This document shows positions 1-9,650 of a stretch of 64,000 nt of DNA, one piece after another (the stretch's first letter is position 1; every line of letters begins with the position of its first letter). Location: the IMG/VR virus record IMGVR_UViG_2775507096_000001, positions 1-64,000 of that record. One strand, written 5' to 3'. The notes under the pieces were generated by a model, which was given only the letters and a program-made list of their open reading frames with translations, ran no database searches and was not told where the DNA came from. Source of the stretch: a virus. Its lineage: Duplodnaviria > Caudoviricetes. The translations under genes and the position numbers were made by a program.

Positions 1-306
1 TTACGTGTTGCTCGTGCCCCAGTCGTCCTCGGTCCTGACGTCGCCGTTGCGGTCGCGCAGGGAGCGCACCCGGTGGGCCACCGACTCCGGGACCCGCTCG
101 CCGACCTTGTCGCTGACCGTGTGGAAGGCCTTGCCCGCGTAGACGCGGCCCTGCTGGGCGGCCGTCTCGGCGGTGTTGCGCACCGCGGGGTTCTGCGCGA
201 CCCGGCGGGCCGACTTCTTCAGCTGCTCGTAGCGCTCTCGACCGGCCCTCGTGCCGAGTACGTAACCGAGGGCCAGTCCGGCGAGGAACGTGAGCCGGTA
301 GCGCAT
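1..306 (-). CDS. YtxH-like small membrane-anchored protein (host gene)
   Basis: MRYRLTFLAGLALGYVLGTRAGRERYEQL N-terminus typical of the conserved actinobacterial family; TAA at 1-3. Confidence 0.75.
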   Translation of the reverse strand: MRYRLTFLAGLALGYVLGTRAGRERYEQLKKSARRVAQNPAVRNTAETAAQQGRVYAGKAFHTVSDKVGERVPESVAHRVRSLRDRNGDVRTEDDWGTSNT

Positions 307-464
307 GGCTGCCACCCTTCCCGTGCGTAGGTTTCTGATGCCGCGCTGGCGCCGGGGGATACCGATTGGCGGAGCACCCCCCTGCTTGCGCTAATGTATG
401 TGTCGCAGCGAGCGCCCGCCCCCTGGCGAATACCCAGGTAGGTACGTTCGATGCAACGAGGCGA

Positions 465-537
465 TCCTCCGTAGCTCAATTGGCAGAGCAGCCGGCTGTT
501 AACCGGCAGGTTACTGGTTCGAGTCCAGTCGGGGGAG
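465..537 (+). tRNA. tRNA-Asn(GTT)
   Basis: Cloverleaf TCCTCCG/CGGGGGA, anticodon loop CTGTTAA, T-loop TTCGAGT; CCA not encoded. Confidence 0.97.
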
Positions 538-543
538 CTTCGG

Positions 544-616
544 TCCTCCGTAGCTCAATTGGCAGAGCAGCCGGCTGTTAACCGGCAGGTTACTGGTTCG
601 AGTCCAGTCGGGGGAG
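544..616 (+). tRNA. tRNA-Asn(GTT), identical tandem copy
   Basis: Identical to 465-537. Confidence 0.97.
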
Positions 617-625
617 CGCTGAACG

Positions 626-648
626 AGGACCCCTCCGGGGTCCTTTTT
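626..648 (+). terminator. Intrinsic terminator after tRNA-Asn pair
   Basis: AGGACCCC-tcc-GGGGTCCT followed by T run. Confidence 0.8.
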
Positions 649-792
649 CATGTCCCCCGGGAACCGCCGCGGCCTGCGGCGCTGTCCTCAAGGTCATGAG
701 CAGCGCGGAAGCCGACCATCCGAGGCAGGAGATCGTATGAGCGGCTATGCTGCGGCAGACGGCGCGCACACTTGTACGCGACACGCCGCTAT

Positions 793-866
793 GGGGCGGT
801 AGCTCAGCCGGTTAGAGCAGCGGACTCATAATCCGTCGGCCGTGGGTTCGAGTCCCACCCGCCCCA
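793..866 (+). tRNA. tRNA with CAT anticodon (probably tRNA-Ile2, else Met); likely prophage attachment site
   Basis: GGGGCGG/CCGCCCC acceptor stem, loop CTCATAA, T-loop TTCGAGT; phage-like genes begin right after it. Confidence 0.92.
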
Positions 867-871
867 CCCCT

Positions 872-913
872 GGCGCTTCGCCGCAGAAACCTTCCCACCT
901 GCGGCGGAGCGCC
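872..913 (+). terminator. GC-rich hairpin after tRNA(CAT)
   Basis: GGCGCTTCGCCGCAG ... CTGCGGCGGAGCGCC. Confidence 0.55.
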
Positions 914-959
914 GAACTGTAGGCACGCTCAGGCGTCACCCGAGCGGTTCAAGATCGCT

Positions 960-980
960 TGCTCGCCCGCTGCTCGCCCG
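960..980. repeat. Tandem TGCTCGCCCG direct repeat, candidate tyrosine-integrase arm site
   Basis: TGCTCGCCCG-c-TGCTCGCCCG about 95 bp from the tRNA 3' end. Confidence 0.5.
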
Positions 981-1104
981 AAGCGTCAGGGCATGAAAAG
1001 GCCCGCGACCTGACCACCCGGTCGGTGTGCCGGGCGTGCAGGGCGCGGGCCTGAGGATGAGCGGCTGTCCCGCTCCGCGGGCCGTCGCTGCCGCTCCCAG
1101 CGCG

Positions 1105-1554
1105 CTACTCCACGACGGTGAGGAAACGCTGGTGGGCGACCTGGGAACTACTGTCGGCGGACTCGGTCGTCTGCTCGTCCGTGGCCGGCTCGCTGGTCTT
1201 CGAGGCCGGCGGGATGGTGGTCCGGGCGGCCGAGCGCTTCGGCGTCCCCGTCTCGGCCGGGCCGGGGTGGCGCGGCGCGGCGACCCGGCGGACGCGCCCT
1301 ACGCCGTGGATGAGGGCACGGGCGGCGAGTCGACAGCGCCGGAACGAGATGCGGTGCCGCCGCTGTTTGCCTGGCCGGCCGTCACTGCCCGGGTCGGCGG
1401 CGGCGTACCTTGGGCCGGAAAGCGCGGCCCTCTGGGCTGCCAGTTCGGCCTGGAGCTGCGTGATCAGCGCCCTGTTTCTCCGGTATCCCTGGAAGAGAAG
1501 CACCACCGCGAGGAGTGCGGCTCCCAGTACGCCCGCTAGGACGATGTCGATCAC
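1105..1554 (-). CDS. Membrane-anchored coiled-coil protein
   Basis: N-terminal TM then QLQAEL; paralogous to 1793-2695. Confidence 0.65.
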   Translation of the reverse strand: MIDIVLAGVLGAALLAVVLLFQGYRRNRALITQLQAELAAQRAALSGPRYAAADPGSDGRPGKQRRHRISFRRCRLAARALIHGVGRVRRVAAPRHPGPAETGTPKRSAARTTIPPASKTSEPATDEQTTESADSSSQVAHQRFLTVVE

Positions 1555-1792
1555 GTCTGCCCCCTAAGGCTCAGGTCAAACAGTCGTTCTCATCGTTGAT
1601 TGCCGTAGGCATCGAAGGCTAGTTCGACAAGGGTTTGTTGTCCTTTCGTGACAGGAGTAATCAGCCGAACACTCATGGTGTGGCGCAATGTATGAGACAT
1701 CATCAGATGCCGCGACCGCGTGACTGGTAGTCAAGTGCGGGCGAAGCGGACTATGTCTGGGTCTCTTCCGGCCATCTCCGCGAGCACCTGCG

Positions 1793-2695
1793 TCAAATGC
1801 AGATGTCGATGGGCGGCACGTGGATGTGGATGGTGCAGCCCGGGTCGTGACCGCTGTCGGGCGGCGTCGGTGGACTCGCCGGGGGCGTGGACGGCGGTGC
1901 GGGCGGCGGCGTGGTCGGTGGCGCGGTCGGTGCGTCCGTCGGCGGCGCGGGCGGGGTCGGGGGTGCGGGCGTGGTCGGCGGCGCCGGTGTGCTTGGCATC
2001 GTTGTCGTAGGCGTGCTCGGTGTGCTCTCGCCCGGTGTCTGATCGCCCGTTGGTGTGCCGCTGCCAGGAGTGTGCTCGCCACCGATGTCCGCGATCGTCA
2101 GAGCGGGCCCGCGGTGGGCGGGCGTTCCGCTCTCTCTCGGCGTGGGCTCGTCGACGCGCACGATGCCGTCGCGGGACTGGGTCTCGGTGTCGGCGTTGTC
2201 GCCGCTCGCGCTGTCCGAGGGTGCGGGGCTGTTGCTGCCACTGGCGCCGGGTATGTGCGGCGCGCTGGCAGGGGACTGAGCGCGGGACCCTGTCTGTGCA
2301 CCGCCGTCCGAGGCGGTGATGTGGTACGCGGCGGCGGCGGTCGCGGCTGTGGCGACGACGACGGCCGAGGCGGTGGCTACGTGGTGGTGTCGCCATGTGT
2401 TCCGTAGCCGGCTGCCAAGCCAGGCGAAGGCGGCGGCGAGCCCGCCCAGGTACAGCGAGAGGTGGCGCTTGCGGCGGACCGGCTCTGGCTCGTCAGCTAA
2501 GCACGTCTCGTCGGCCTCGTCCGGTTCGAGGTCCGCTGTTTGCTGTGCGGCTTGCTGGAGCGCCAGGATTTTCGCCGCCGTGACCTCGGCTTGCAGTTGG
2601 GCGATCTTCGCAGCGTTCCTCCGGTGTCCCCGGTAGACGACGATGATGCCCAGCACTGCGCAGCCGAGGACGGCGGCCAGCAGTATGTCTGTCAC
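1793..2695 (-). CDS. Two-TM protein with Pro/Thr-rich tail
   Basis: N-terminal TM plus coiled coil, second hydrophobic segment, PT-rich C-terminus; TTA codon at 2498-2500. Confidence 0.75.
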   Translation of the reverse strand: MTDILLAAVLGCAVLGIIVVYRGHRRNAAKIAQLQAEVTAAKILALQQAAQQTADLEPDEADETCLADEPEPVRRKRHLSLYLGGLAAAFAWLGSRLRNTWRHHHVATASAVVVATAATAAAAYHITASDGGAQTGSRAQSPASAPHIPGASGSNSPAPSDSASGDNADTETQSRDGIVRVDEPTPRESGTPAHRGPALTIADIGGEHTPGSGTPTGDQTPGESTPSTPTTTMPSTPAPPTTPAPPTPPAPPTDAPTAPPTTPPPAPPSTPPASPPTPPDSGHDPGCTIHIHVPPIDICI

Positions 2696-2791
2696 TCATG
2701 CTCCCTGTCACGTAAAACATAAACAGAGCTATGTGACACACCGTTAACTGCCGCGCACAACAGGTTTTCTGATCACAAGTTGATCAAGTCG

Positions 2792-3265
2792 TCAGCCGGC
2801 GCGTCGACGCCAGCGGTCCCCTTCTTCCGTCTCCTTCTGTGGTGCGGGCTGCTGGGCGAGGCCGACACGTCGCAGTACCTCGTCTTGCGCCTCTGGGGGA
2901 AGGGTTGCAAGGAGGGTGGCGATTGCGTCGATCTGTGGGTTGATCGCGGCTGATCCTGGCGTGCTCGCCGGTGTCGGCGGCGCGGCGAGTTCGTCCAGGA
3001 GGTCGGCGGCGGTGTTGCGATCGACTTGGCGGAGCTGGTCTGAGGTGATGCCTACGGCTTGTGCCACGCGGGCCAGGGTCTCGTCGGGCGCCTGCACAGC
3101 GACGCGTACGCCCTTGATGTCCTGGTAGCCGTTGACGATCTGCCGCCATCGGGTCTCACTCATGCCGGCTCTCCGTGCCGCCTCACGTCCTGATAGGCGG
3201 GATCTGCGGAGAGCCTCCTTGATCAATGCCGCCTCGGGGGGCGGGTTCGGTGTATGCGCGTCCAT
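2792..3265 (-). CDS. Immunity repressor (XRE-type HTH)
   Basis: LSGREAARRAGMSETRWRQIVNG HTH; divergent from the cro-like gene. Confidence 0.8.
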   Translation of the reverse strand: MDAHTPNPPPEAALIKEALRRSRLSGREAARRAGMSETRWRQIVNGYQDIKGVRVAVQAPDETLARVAQAVGITSDQLRQVDRNTAADLLDELAAPPTPASTPGSAAINPQIDAIATLLATLPPEAQDEVLRRVGLAQQPAPQKETEEGDRWRRRAG

Positions 3266-3358
3266 GTCCGCAGGTTCGCATAAGTACGCACAACTTCGCC
3301 ACACGAACTCGCGCACTGGCCAGAAAAGTGCTGCGCACTGTGTGATCGACGTCACATT

Positions 3359-3399
3359 TACTGCGTACTGCGCACACTACGCAGTACTACGCATAGAGT
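3359..3399 (+). promoter_or_regulatory. Genetic-switch operator and -10 of the early lytic promoter
   Basis: TACTGCGTA-N10-TACGCAGTA inverted repeat; TAGAGT at 3394-3399 with ATG at 3406 (leaderless). Confidence 0.6.
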
Positions 3400-3405
3400 G
3401 TGCGT

Positions 3406-3681
3406 ATGTCCACTACCCGCATGCGACGCCGAAATGGCGCGCCCTTCCAGCACTCCCCGGAGGCGGTGAGGAGCGCCCGCGAGAACGCGGCGCTCAGTCA
3501 AAAGGCCTTGGCGGAGAAGTGCGGGATCAGCGCGCAGCTCCTCTGTGACATCGAGGCCGGCCGCAGGAACGCGACGCCGAACCGGCTGCGCGCGATGGCC
3601 CGCGTACTGGGCTGCGAGGTCGCAGACCTGCAACCGCGCAAGGACGAACCGCCTGCGGTCATCGAGAGGCAGGCGTCGTGA
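3406..3681 (+). CDS. Cro-like XRE HTH regulator
   Basis: LSQKALAEKCGISAQLLCDIEAGRR. Confidence 0.85.
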   Translation: MSTTRMRRRNGAPFQHSPEAVRSARENAALSQKALAEKCGISAQLLCDIEAGRRNATPNRLRAMARVLGCEVADLQPRKDEPPAVIERQAS

Positions 3682-3767
3682 ACACGCCCGCATGTGAAGA
3701 GGCCGCCGAGCCGTGCCGGGCTCAGCGGCCTCCATCCCCCGAACGAACCCATGTAGGAGAAGGAACG

Positions 3768-4868
3768 TTGTCTCAACAGGCTACCCACCCGTGGACCCCA
3801 CCAGAGTCCACACCGGATGACCTCGCGTACGGGGCGCCGACCGCACGGCTCATCCTCCCTGCCGGCGACCTGGCCGACCCCGAGTACAAGGCTCGGTGGG
3901 ACAAGGTCCGCCGGACCGGCATCGGCGGGTCCGAGGTCGCGAAGATCCTCGGCCTCAACAAGTACGCGGGCCCCCGCCACGTGTACGAGGAGAAGCACGG
4001 CCGGCCCGTCCCGATGGACGCCCAGCTCAGCGAGTACGCCGAGGTGGGCCAGGAAATCGAGGACTTCATCGCGTACATGTTCACGAGGCGGACCGGCATC
4101 GGTGCAATGCCGACGCCGGGGACGCTCGCGAACGTCGACCGGCCATGGATGCGCTCCAACGTCGACAGGTACGCCCTCGACCCACAGACCAACGAGGTCG
4201 TCGCCCCGATCGAGCTGAAGAACCGCAGCGCCTACCAGCTCGACGACTGGGAGGACGGTGTCCCGGACGGGCCCGCGCTCCAGGTCCACTGGAACCTCGC
4301 GGTCGGCGGCTGGGAGTACGGCTGGGCCGTCGCCCTCGTCGGCGGCAACACCCTCAGGTACCACCGCATCGAGCGGGATGAGGAACTGATCGGGCTCCTC
4401 ATCGACACGTGCGGGCGCTGGTTCCAGCGGCACGTCATCGAGGGCTACCCGCCGCCCGCCGACGGCCTGGACGCGACGAAGGACCTCCTCGGCCGCCTCT
4501 GGCACGTCAAGCCGAAGGACGTCATCGAGGTGCCCCGCGCGAAGGCGGAGAAGCTCCGCAAGCGGCGCGCGGCGCTGCTCGCCCAGATCGAGGAGCTGGA
4601 CGAGCAGAAGACCCAGATCGAGAACGAGATGCGTCTGATCTGCGGCGACAAGGCCAGCATCGCGGAGGTCGAGGGCAAGAAGGCCTGGTCGTACGTCCAG
4701 AACGGCACGTTCGCGCCGAAGCGGTTCGCGGAGAAGTACCCGGAGATCGCCGCCGAGTGCCGGAAGACGGTCGAGGTCCTGGACCCGGACCAGATCAAGG
4801 AGAAGTACCCCGTCGAGTACGAGGCGTGCTGCGCCCGGGTGCTGCGCGTGCCCAAGAAGGAGCTGTGA
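3768..4868 (+). CDS. YqaJ-family viral recombinase exonuclease
   Basis: RRTGIGGSEVAKILG, SNVDR, IELKN, QVHW motifs; TTG start after AGGAGAAGGA. Confidence 0.9.
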   Translation: MSQQATHPWTPPESTPDDLAYGAPTARLILPAGDLADPEYKARWDKVRRTGIGGSEVAKILGLNKYAGPRHVYEEKHGRPVPMDAQLSEYAEVGQEIEDFIAYMFTRRTGIGAMPTPGTLANVDRPWMRSNVDRYALDPQTNEVVAPIELKNRSAYQLDDWEDGVPDGPALQVHWNLAVGGWEYGWAVALVGGNTLRYHRIERDEELIGLLIDTCGRWFQRHVIEGYPPPADGLDATKDLLGRLWHVKPKDVIEVPRAKAEKLRKRRAALLAQIEELDEQKTQIENEMRLICGDKASIAEVEGKKAWSYVQNGTFAPKRFAEKYPEIAAECRKTVEVLDPDQIKEKYPVEYEACCARVLRVPKKEL

Positions 4869-5815
4869 TGGCCCTGACCACCCTGAAGGAACGCGTGCAG
4901 GCGCGGGCGGCGGCGGTCGCCGACGCCGAGGACATCCGGCACGACCGGGCGGACGAGGGCGAGGAGATGCCCGCCGGCCACGGCCACGACGTCGAGCGGT
5001 TCCGTGCCGACATCGAGGCCGCGCTGCCGAAGCACGTCAGCGTCGACCTGTTCCTGGCCTCGCTGCGCCCCGTTCTGCCGAAGCTGCGGAAGTGCACGCC
5101 GGCGAGCGTGCTCCAGGCCGTCATCACGGCTGCCAGGTTCGGGCTGGTCCCCGATGGCCAGCAGGCGGTCATCACCGCCGACGACGGGATCGCGACGTTC
5201 CTCGCCACCTACGAGGGTTACGTCGAGCTGATGTACCGGTCGGGCCTGGTGAAGTCCGTGGTCGCGAACCTGGTGTACGAGGGCGACGAGTACGAGTTCG
5301 TGCCGACGGCCCGCGCCGGTGAGGACTTCGTGCACAAGCCGAACGTCCTCACGTCGAAGAAGAACCTCAAGCCGCTGTTCGCGTACGCGTTCGCGTGGCT
5401 GGAGGGCGGCGCCCGGTCGAACGTCGCGATCGTCACGCTGGAGGAAGCGGAGGAGATCCGCGACGAGCACTCCAGGGCGTACCAGCGGGCGGAGGCGAAC
5501 GGCCAGAAGAACAGCCTGTGGCACACCCGGTTCGACCGCATGCACCTGAAGACGGCGATCCGGCGCCTGGCGAAGCTGGTGCCCAAGTCGGCTGAGCTGC
5601 GGGCGCTGATCGCGGTCGAGCAGGCCGCCGAGGACGGCACGCCTCAGATTCTCACGGCGATCGACCCGGAGACAGCCGCGCTGGAGGGGGAGGCCCGACG
5701 AGCCGCGCGCGCGGCCGAGGCGTCGCAGGACGTCCCGGCGTCCCGCCTGCCGGTGAAGAAGCGGGGCCGGGCCAAGCCGAGGGCCCGCCGTCGTGACAGG
5801 AACAAGAGGCGGTAG
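4868..5815 (+). CDS. recT: RecT-family single-strand annealing protein
   Basis: CTPASVLQAVITAARFGLVPD, YEGYVELMYRSG, VYEGDEY, MHLKTAIRRLAK; coupled to YqaJ. Confidence 0.88.
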   Translation: MALTTLKERVQARAAAVADAEDIRHDRADEGEEMPAGHGHDVERFRADIEAALPKHVSVDLFLASLRPVLPKLRKCTPASVLQAVITAARFGLVPDGQQAVITADDGIATFLATYEGYVELMYRSGLVKSVVANLVYEGDEYEFVPTARAGEDFVHKPNVLTSKKNLKPLFAYAFAWLEGGARSNVAIVTLEEAEEIRDEHSRAYQRAEANGQKNSLWHTRFDRMHLKTAIRRLAKLVPKSAELRALIAVEQAAEDGTPQILTAIDPETAALEGEARRAARAAEASQDVPASRLPVKKRGRAKPRARRRDRNKRR

Positions 5816-5817
5816 CC

Positions 5818-6048
5818 GTGCTGGCCGCCTTGCTGTGCCGGGCCCGCGCGTTGCTCGCGGGCCCGGCCCCCGCCCCGGCCCCCCAGCCGGCCTCGCCGCT
5901 GCCCGCCCTGTGGGCGGCCGGCCACCTCGACATCGCCGACTTCTCTGACTGCCCGCGCGAGAACCGCCGGACCCCGCACGCGATGCGCGCGGACGGCTCC
6001 CGGCGCTGCTTCCGCTGCGGGCACGAGACCCCAGGACAGGACTTATGA
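5818..6048 (+). CDS. Small putative Zn-binding protein
   Basis: C..H..CxxC; translational coupling. Confidence 0.55.
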   Translation: MLAALLCRARALLAGPAPAPAPQPASPLPALWAAGHLDIADFSDCPRENRRTPHAMRADGSRRCFRCGHETPGQDL

Positions 6049-6767
6049 GCATCACCTACAACGAGCCGTTCGGGCCGATGTATCTGCGGCCGGCTCAGGC
6101 TCCCTGCCCCAACTGCCCGTGCTGCTCGGCGCCCCTGTGTGAGAAGGGCGCGAGGAGTGTGATGCAGTGCCACGGCCACGTGTCCGACCCCGAGCTGGTG
6201 ACTGCCGTCTCATCGTGCCCGTGCTCGGCGGAGACGACCCGGGCCACCCACGCGTGGCGGCTGGCCCAGCTCCGCGTCGTGAAGCACGCCACCGAGCATC
6301 CGTTACCGAAGGCCGCCGAGTACGTGCTGCGGGCCCTGGCCGACGGTGACAGCTTCGAGGACCCCACCGACGAGCTGTGCGGGCTGCGCGCCCGCCGCTA
6401 CGTCGACGGTGACGGTGAGGCGTGGCGGATCACGCTGCTCGGCCGGCGGTACCTGCTCGCGCTCGACGAGCCCCGCTACACCAGCGCGGTGTACGTGAAC
6501 ACGGTCGACGTGCCCACGCGGACGGCGCAGGTCGTCGTCCTTGGCTGGCACATGGAGCGGGAAGTGACCGTGCTCGCCGACCAGCTCGCCGCCGCGGCCG
6601 AGCTGGAGCTGGGGGAGCTGCCGGGCTGCTACCTGGAGGCGAAGGTCAACGTCGGCGCGGCCGACCCGGACGACCTGGTGCTAACCCGTATCCAGGTGCC
6701 CGCGCCGATCACCGAGGACTACGTCGCGGTGCGCCCGGTGTGGCTGCGGGACGGCGGTGCTCGGTGA
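6045..6767 (+). CDS. Hypothetical protein with Cys-rich N-terminus
   Basis: CPNCPCC...CPC; ATGA overlaps; TTA codon at 6303. Confidence 0.7.
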   Translation: MSITYNEPFGPMYLRPAQAPCPNCPCCSAPLCEKGARSVMQCHGHVSDPELVTAVSSCPCSAETTRATHAWRLAQLRVVKHATEHPLPKAAEYVLRALADGDSFEDPTDELCGLRARRYVDGDGEAWRITLLGRRYLLALDEPRYTSAVYVNTVDVPTRTAQVVVLGWHMEREVTVLADQLAAAAELELGELPGCYLEAKVNVGAADPDDLVLTRIQVPAPITEDYVAVRPVWLRDGGAR

Positions 6768-7306
6768 GCGAGATGCAGCGGAAGTTCACCGTGGTCGGCC
6801 TCGACCTGTCGCTCACCGCGTCGGGCATCGCCTACCGGGATGGGTCGACCAGCACGGTGCTGACGAAGCAGAAGGACGGCGACCACCGGCTGACGCAGAT
6901 CGAAGAGGCCGTGCAGATCGCCGTCGGCGGCGAGCACCTGGGCCTGGGCCCCGCGGTCGACCTGGTCGTCATGGAGGACATCCCGCAGAACAGCCACGCG
7001 GCGAAACCGATCGCGATGGTCCACGGGGTCGTCCGGAACCTGCTGAACAAGCAGGGCGTTCCGTACGCCGTCGTCGTCCCCGCGACGCTCAAGACGTTCG
7101 CGACCGGCAAGGGCTCGGGCGACAAGGTCCCGATGGCCCTGGCCGCGTACAAGCGGGCCGGTCGCGAGTTTCCCGACAGCGACCAGTGCGACGCCGCCTG
7201 GCTGCGCTGGGCCGGCCTGGACTGGCTCGGCTGCCCCGAGTTCTCCCTGCCCACCGCCCAGCGGGACGCCCTGAAGAAGGCCGAGTGGCCCGAGGTGAAG
7301 CGATGA
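6764..7306 (+). CDS. RuvC-like Holliday junction resolvase
   Basis: VVGLDLSLTASG, VVMED, LKTFATGKG, DQCDAAWL. Confidence 0.85.
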   Translation: MSEMQRKFTVVGLDLSLTASGIAYRDGSTSTVLTKQKDGDHRLTQIEEAVQIAVGGEHLGLGPAVDLVVMEDIPQNSHAAKPIAMVHGVVRNLLNKQGVPYAVVVPATLKTFATGKGSGDKVPMALAAYKRAGREFPDSDQCDAAWLRWAGLDWLGCPEFSLPTAQRDALKKAEWPEVKR

Positions 7307-7749
7307 CCATCATGACCGCCGAGGTCAGCGACGACCAGATCCTGAAGGCGTTGCTCGCCGGGGAAGACGTGTCGAACCGGGCCGTCGCCCAGAGGCTCGG
7401 CATCAGTGACCGGCGGGTCGACGAGGTCCGTAAGAGGGTCGGGCTGCCCACGTACATGCGCGGTCGGCGCGCGGCCTACGGCTCGTGGGCGGAGGCGTTC
7501 ACCGAGCAGTCCGAGTCCGTCGAGGGCGGTCACCGGCGGTGGACCGGCCCGAGGGAGAAGTCCGGGACACCCGTGGTCCGGCATCGGACGAGCATCCAGA
7601 CCGCGTACCGGGTGGCGTTCCGCCTGCACTACGGGCGTGAGCCGGAAGGGAACCTGACCCGGTCGTGCCTGATCCCGGGCTGTGTCGCCGGTGAGCACCA
7701 GCAGGACCGCATCATGCGCGCGGCGGAGAAGGCCGGTGAGCCGACGTGA
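7303..7749 (+). CDS. HTH plus degenerate HNH-like protein
   Basis: SNRAVAQRLGIS HTH; WTG...AYRVAF...CxxxxCVAGEH. Confidence 0.6.
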   Translation: MTIMTAEVSDDQILKALLAGEDVSNRAVAQRLGISDRRVDEVRKRVGLPTYMRGRRAAYGSWAEAFTEQSESVEGGHRRWTGPREKSGTPVVRHRTSIQTAYRVAFRLHYGREPEGNLTRSCLIPGCVAGEHQQDRIMRAAEKAGEPT

Positions 7750-7958
7750 ACAGTCTGCGCGAGTTCAACACCTGGGACCGCGGTGTCGACGTGGTCGCCG
7801 TTGAGCGGGTCCTGAAGGGGTCGTTGCCGCACACGGTGCTGGAACCCGAAGAACTGCGGTACGCGGCCCGGCACTCGAAGGCCTCGGCGCGCAGCGTCGC
7901 GAAGCTCCTCGGGGTCAGCGAGAAAACCGTCACGAGCTGGCGGGAGGCCGAAGCGTGA
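7746..7958 (+). CDS. Small HTH DNA-binding protein
   Basis: SARSVAKLLGVSEKTVTSWR. Confidence 0.7.
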   Translation: MNSLREFNTWDRGVDVVAVERVLKGSLPHTVLEPEELRYAARHSKASARSVAKLLGVSEKTVTSWREAEA

Positions 7959-8185
7959 ACACGGCCTTGGACGTCCTGATCTGGATCGCCGAGAACCTCA
8001 GCTGGTGGTGGCTGCTGATCCTCGCCCCGGGCGTGCTCGGGGGCGGATGGCTGTGGCTGCGGCCGACGGGCAAGCACCGCCGGACGCAGCCCGACCAGCC
8101 GGCCGAGGCCGCCAGGCCCGCCGTCGACGAGGACACGCTGACGTTCCAGCGGGTGACGTACCCGGGCCTGGAGGCCGATAGCTGA
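7955..8185 (+). CDS. Small membrane protein
   Basis: Trp-rich TM segment; coupled overlaps. Confidence 0.6.
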   Translation: MNTALDVLIWIAENLSWWWLLILAPGVLGGGWLWLRPTGKHRRTQPDQPAEAARPAVDEDTLTFQRVTYPGLEADS

Positions 8186-8535
8186 TGCCTCGTCCAAGCC
8201 GTCACGCGCCCGACACCCTCTCGCGGGCATCGCACTGGTCCGACCGGGCCGCCTGCCGCGAGATGGACGACCGCTCGATCTTCTTCCCCGAGGACTTCCC
8301 CAGGGGGCTGGTGCTCCTCGTCACCAGGGAAGCCAAGGCGGTCTGTGCCCGGTGCCCGGTGATCGAGGCGTGCCTGCAAGCCGCGCTCGACCGACCCGAG
8401 CCGAACGGGGTGTGGGGCGGCCTGGACAAGGACGAGAGGCGGGCGTTCCGGCGGCGGCAGCAGCGGCGCCACCGCCGGAACCGGCGGAAGCAGGGGGGTG
8501 GCGATGGCTCGGCAGCGAGGGCCGGGGCCGGATGA
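8185..8535 (+). CDS. WhiB-family Fe-S transcription factor
   Basis: Four Cys (C...CARC-x5-C) and GVWGG. Confidence 0.92.
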   Translation: MPRPSRHAPDTLSRASHWSDRAACREMDDRSIFFPEDFPRGLVLLVTREAKAVCARCPVIEACLQAALDRPEPNGVWGGLDKDERRAFRRRQQRRHRRNRRKQGGGDGSAARAGAG

Positions 8536-8851
8536 CTACCTCCCGGCGAGCGGGGTCCTGGACTGGTCCGACCCCAAGCGGCACTGGGCCCAGCGGCCCC
8601 GGCCGTGCCGGTTCTGCAAGGGGCCGACCTGCCTCCGCGACGAGGGAGGGCGCCCCTCCCACAAGACCTGCGCGGAAGCGCACCGGGCCCGCAAGCAGGC
8701 GCACGCCGAGCAAGCGTACGAGCAGCGGGCCCGGCTCGGAGACCAGCGCGCACTGGACGCGCACACACGACAGGAGCGGATTGATGAAGACGCTGATCGC
8801 AGCGGCCGGGGCCCTGGTGCTCGTCGGCGCCCTGGTCGCGGCCGGCTGTGA
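8504..8851 (+). CDS. Small Zn-finger-like protein
   Basis: CRFC...HKTC. Confidence 0.5.
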   Translation: MARQRGPGPDDYLPASGVLDWSDPKRHWAQRPRPCRFCKGPTCLRDEGGRPSHKTCAEAHRARKQAHAEQAYEQRARLGDQRALDAHTRQERIDEDADRSGRGPGARRRPGRGRL

Positions 8852-9008
8852 ACCGGCAGACGACGGCGACTGCGACGCCCGCGGTCCCGGGATCGAGCTG
8901 ACCGCCATGCACGCCTCGAAGGCCAGCGGCAAGCACAAGCCGACGAAGGTCAAGCGGTCCAGCCGCAGTCGCCGAGCCGGCCATGGCCACCACGACGACT
9001 GCGACTGA
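8784..9008 (+). CDS. Small putative lipoprotein
   Basis: MKTLIAAAGALVLVGALVAAGC signal/lipobox; AGGAG RBS. Confidence 0.55.
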   Translation: MKTLIAAAGALVLVGALVAAGCEPADDGDCDARGPGIELTAMHASKASGKHKPTKVKRSSRSRRAGHGHHDDCD

Positions 9009-9137
9009 CCGCGCCCGCAAGCCACCTTCCCGCGGGCCGAGCCCGGCGCCCCCACGCCACGGACCGCACCGGGGCCCGCCCAGCCCAGCCCCCCACGGGC
9101 GGCCCCCGACCATCTCACAACCACTGGAGCGGACTTG

Positions 9138-9266
9138 ATGTTTCGGAAGTTCATGGTCGGCCTGTCCGCCGGCCTCGCCACCTGGGCCGTCACCTCGATC
9201 ACCCCGGTCATCGGCCCGTGGGCCCCGGTGTTCGGCCTGGCGGTCGCCCTCGTCCTCTGGGTCTGA
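9138..9266 (+). CDS. 42-aa hydrophobic peptide
   Basis: GGAG RBS; MFRKFMVGLSAGLATWAVTSITPVIGPWAPVFGLAVALVLWV (not in ORF track). Confidence 0.55.
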   Translation: MFRKFMVGLSAGLATWAVTSITPVIGPWAPVFGLAVALVLWV

Positions 9267-9335
9267 CCCCTCACCCCTCGCCGGGGCCCCGATCGGGCGG
9301 CCCCGGCCCCACCACCAGCGCAGAAAGGTTTGTTC

Positions 9336-9650
9336 GTGTCCGTGGACGTCGCTGCCCTCTACGAAGAGGGCTTCGGAATCCGCAGCGTGGCGGAGGAGAT
9401 CGGCCGCAGCTACACGACTGCCAGGCGGCAGCTGCTGGCCGCCGGGGTGAAACTCCGCCCGAGCGGCGGCCGACGGCTCCAGGCCGACCCGGTCGCCGAC
9501 TACCTCGCGGGCCTGTACCGGCGCGGCCTGAGCCTGCGCGCCATCGAGGCCCGCACCGGCTACCGGTACTGGTTCATACGGACCCGGCTCCTCGCCGCCG
9601 GCGTCGAGCTGCGCGACCGCAACGGCCGGCCCCGGAAGGCGGTCGTGTGA
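9336..9650 (+). CDS. Tandem-HTH protein
   Basis: Two repeats LY..G.(G/S)(I/L)R......G.SY....R.LLAAGV.LR. Confidence 0.8.
   Translation: MSVDVAALYEEGFGIRSVAEEIGRSYTTARRQLLAAGVKLRPSGGRRLQADPVADYLAGLYRRGLSLRAIEARTGYRYWFIRTRLLAAGVELRDRNGRPRKAVV

Noticed and set aside
219-784. Short ORFs over the tRNA cluster
   Set aside because: They overlap clear tRNA genes.
867-2790. Integrase next to the tRNA
   Set aside because: No ORF with tyrosine or serine recombinase motifs is present here.
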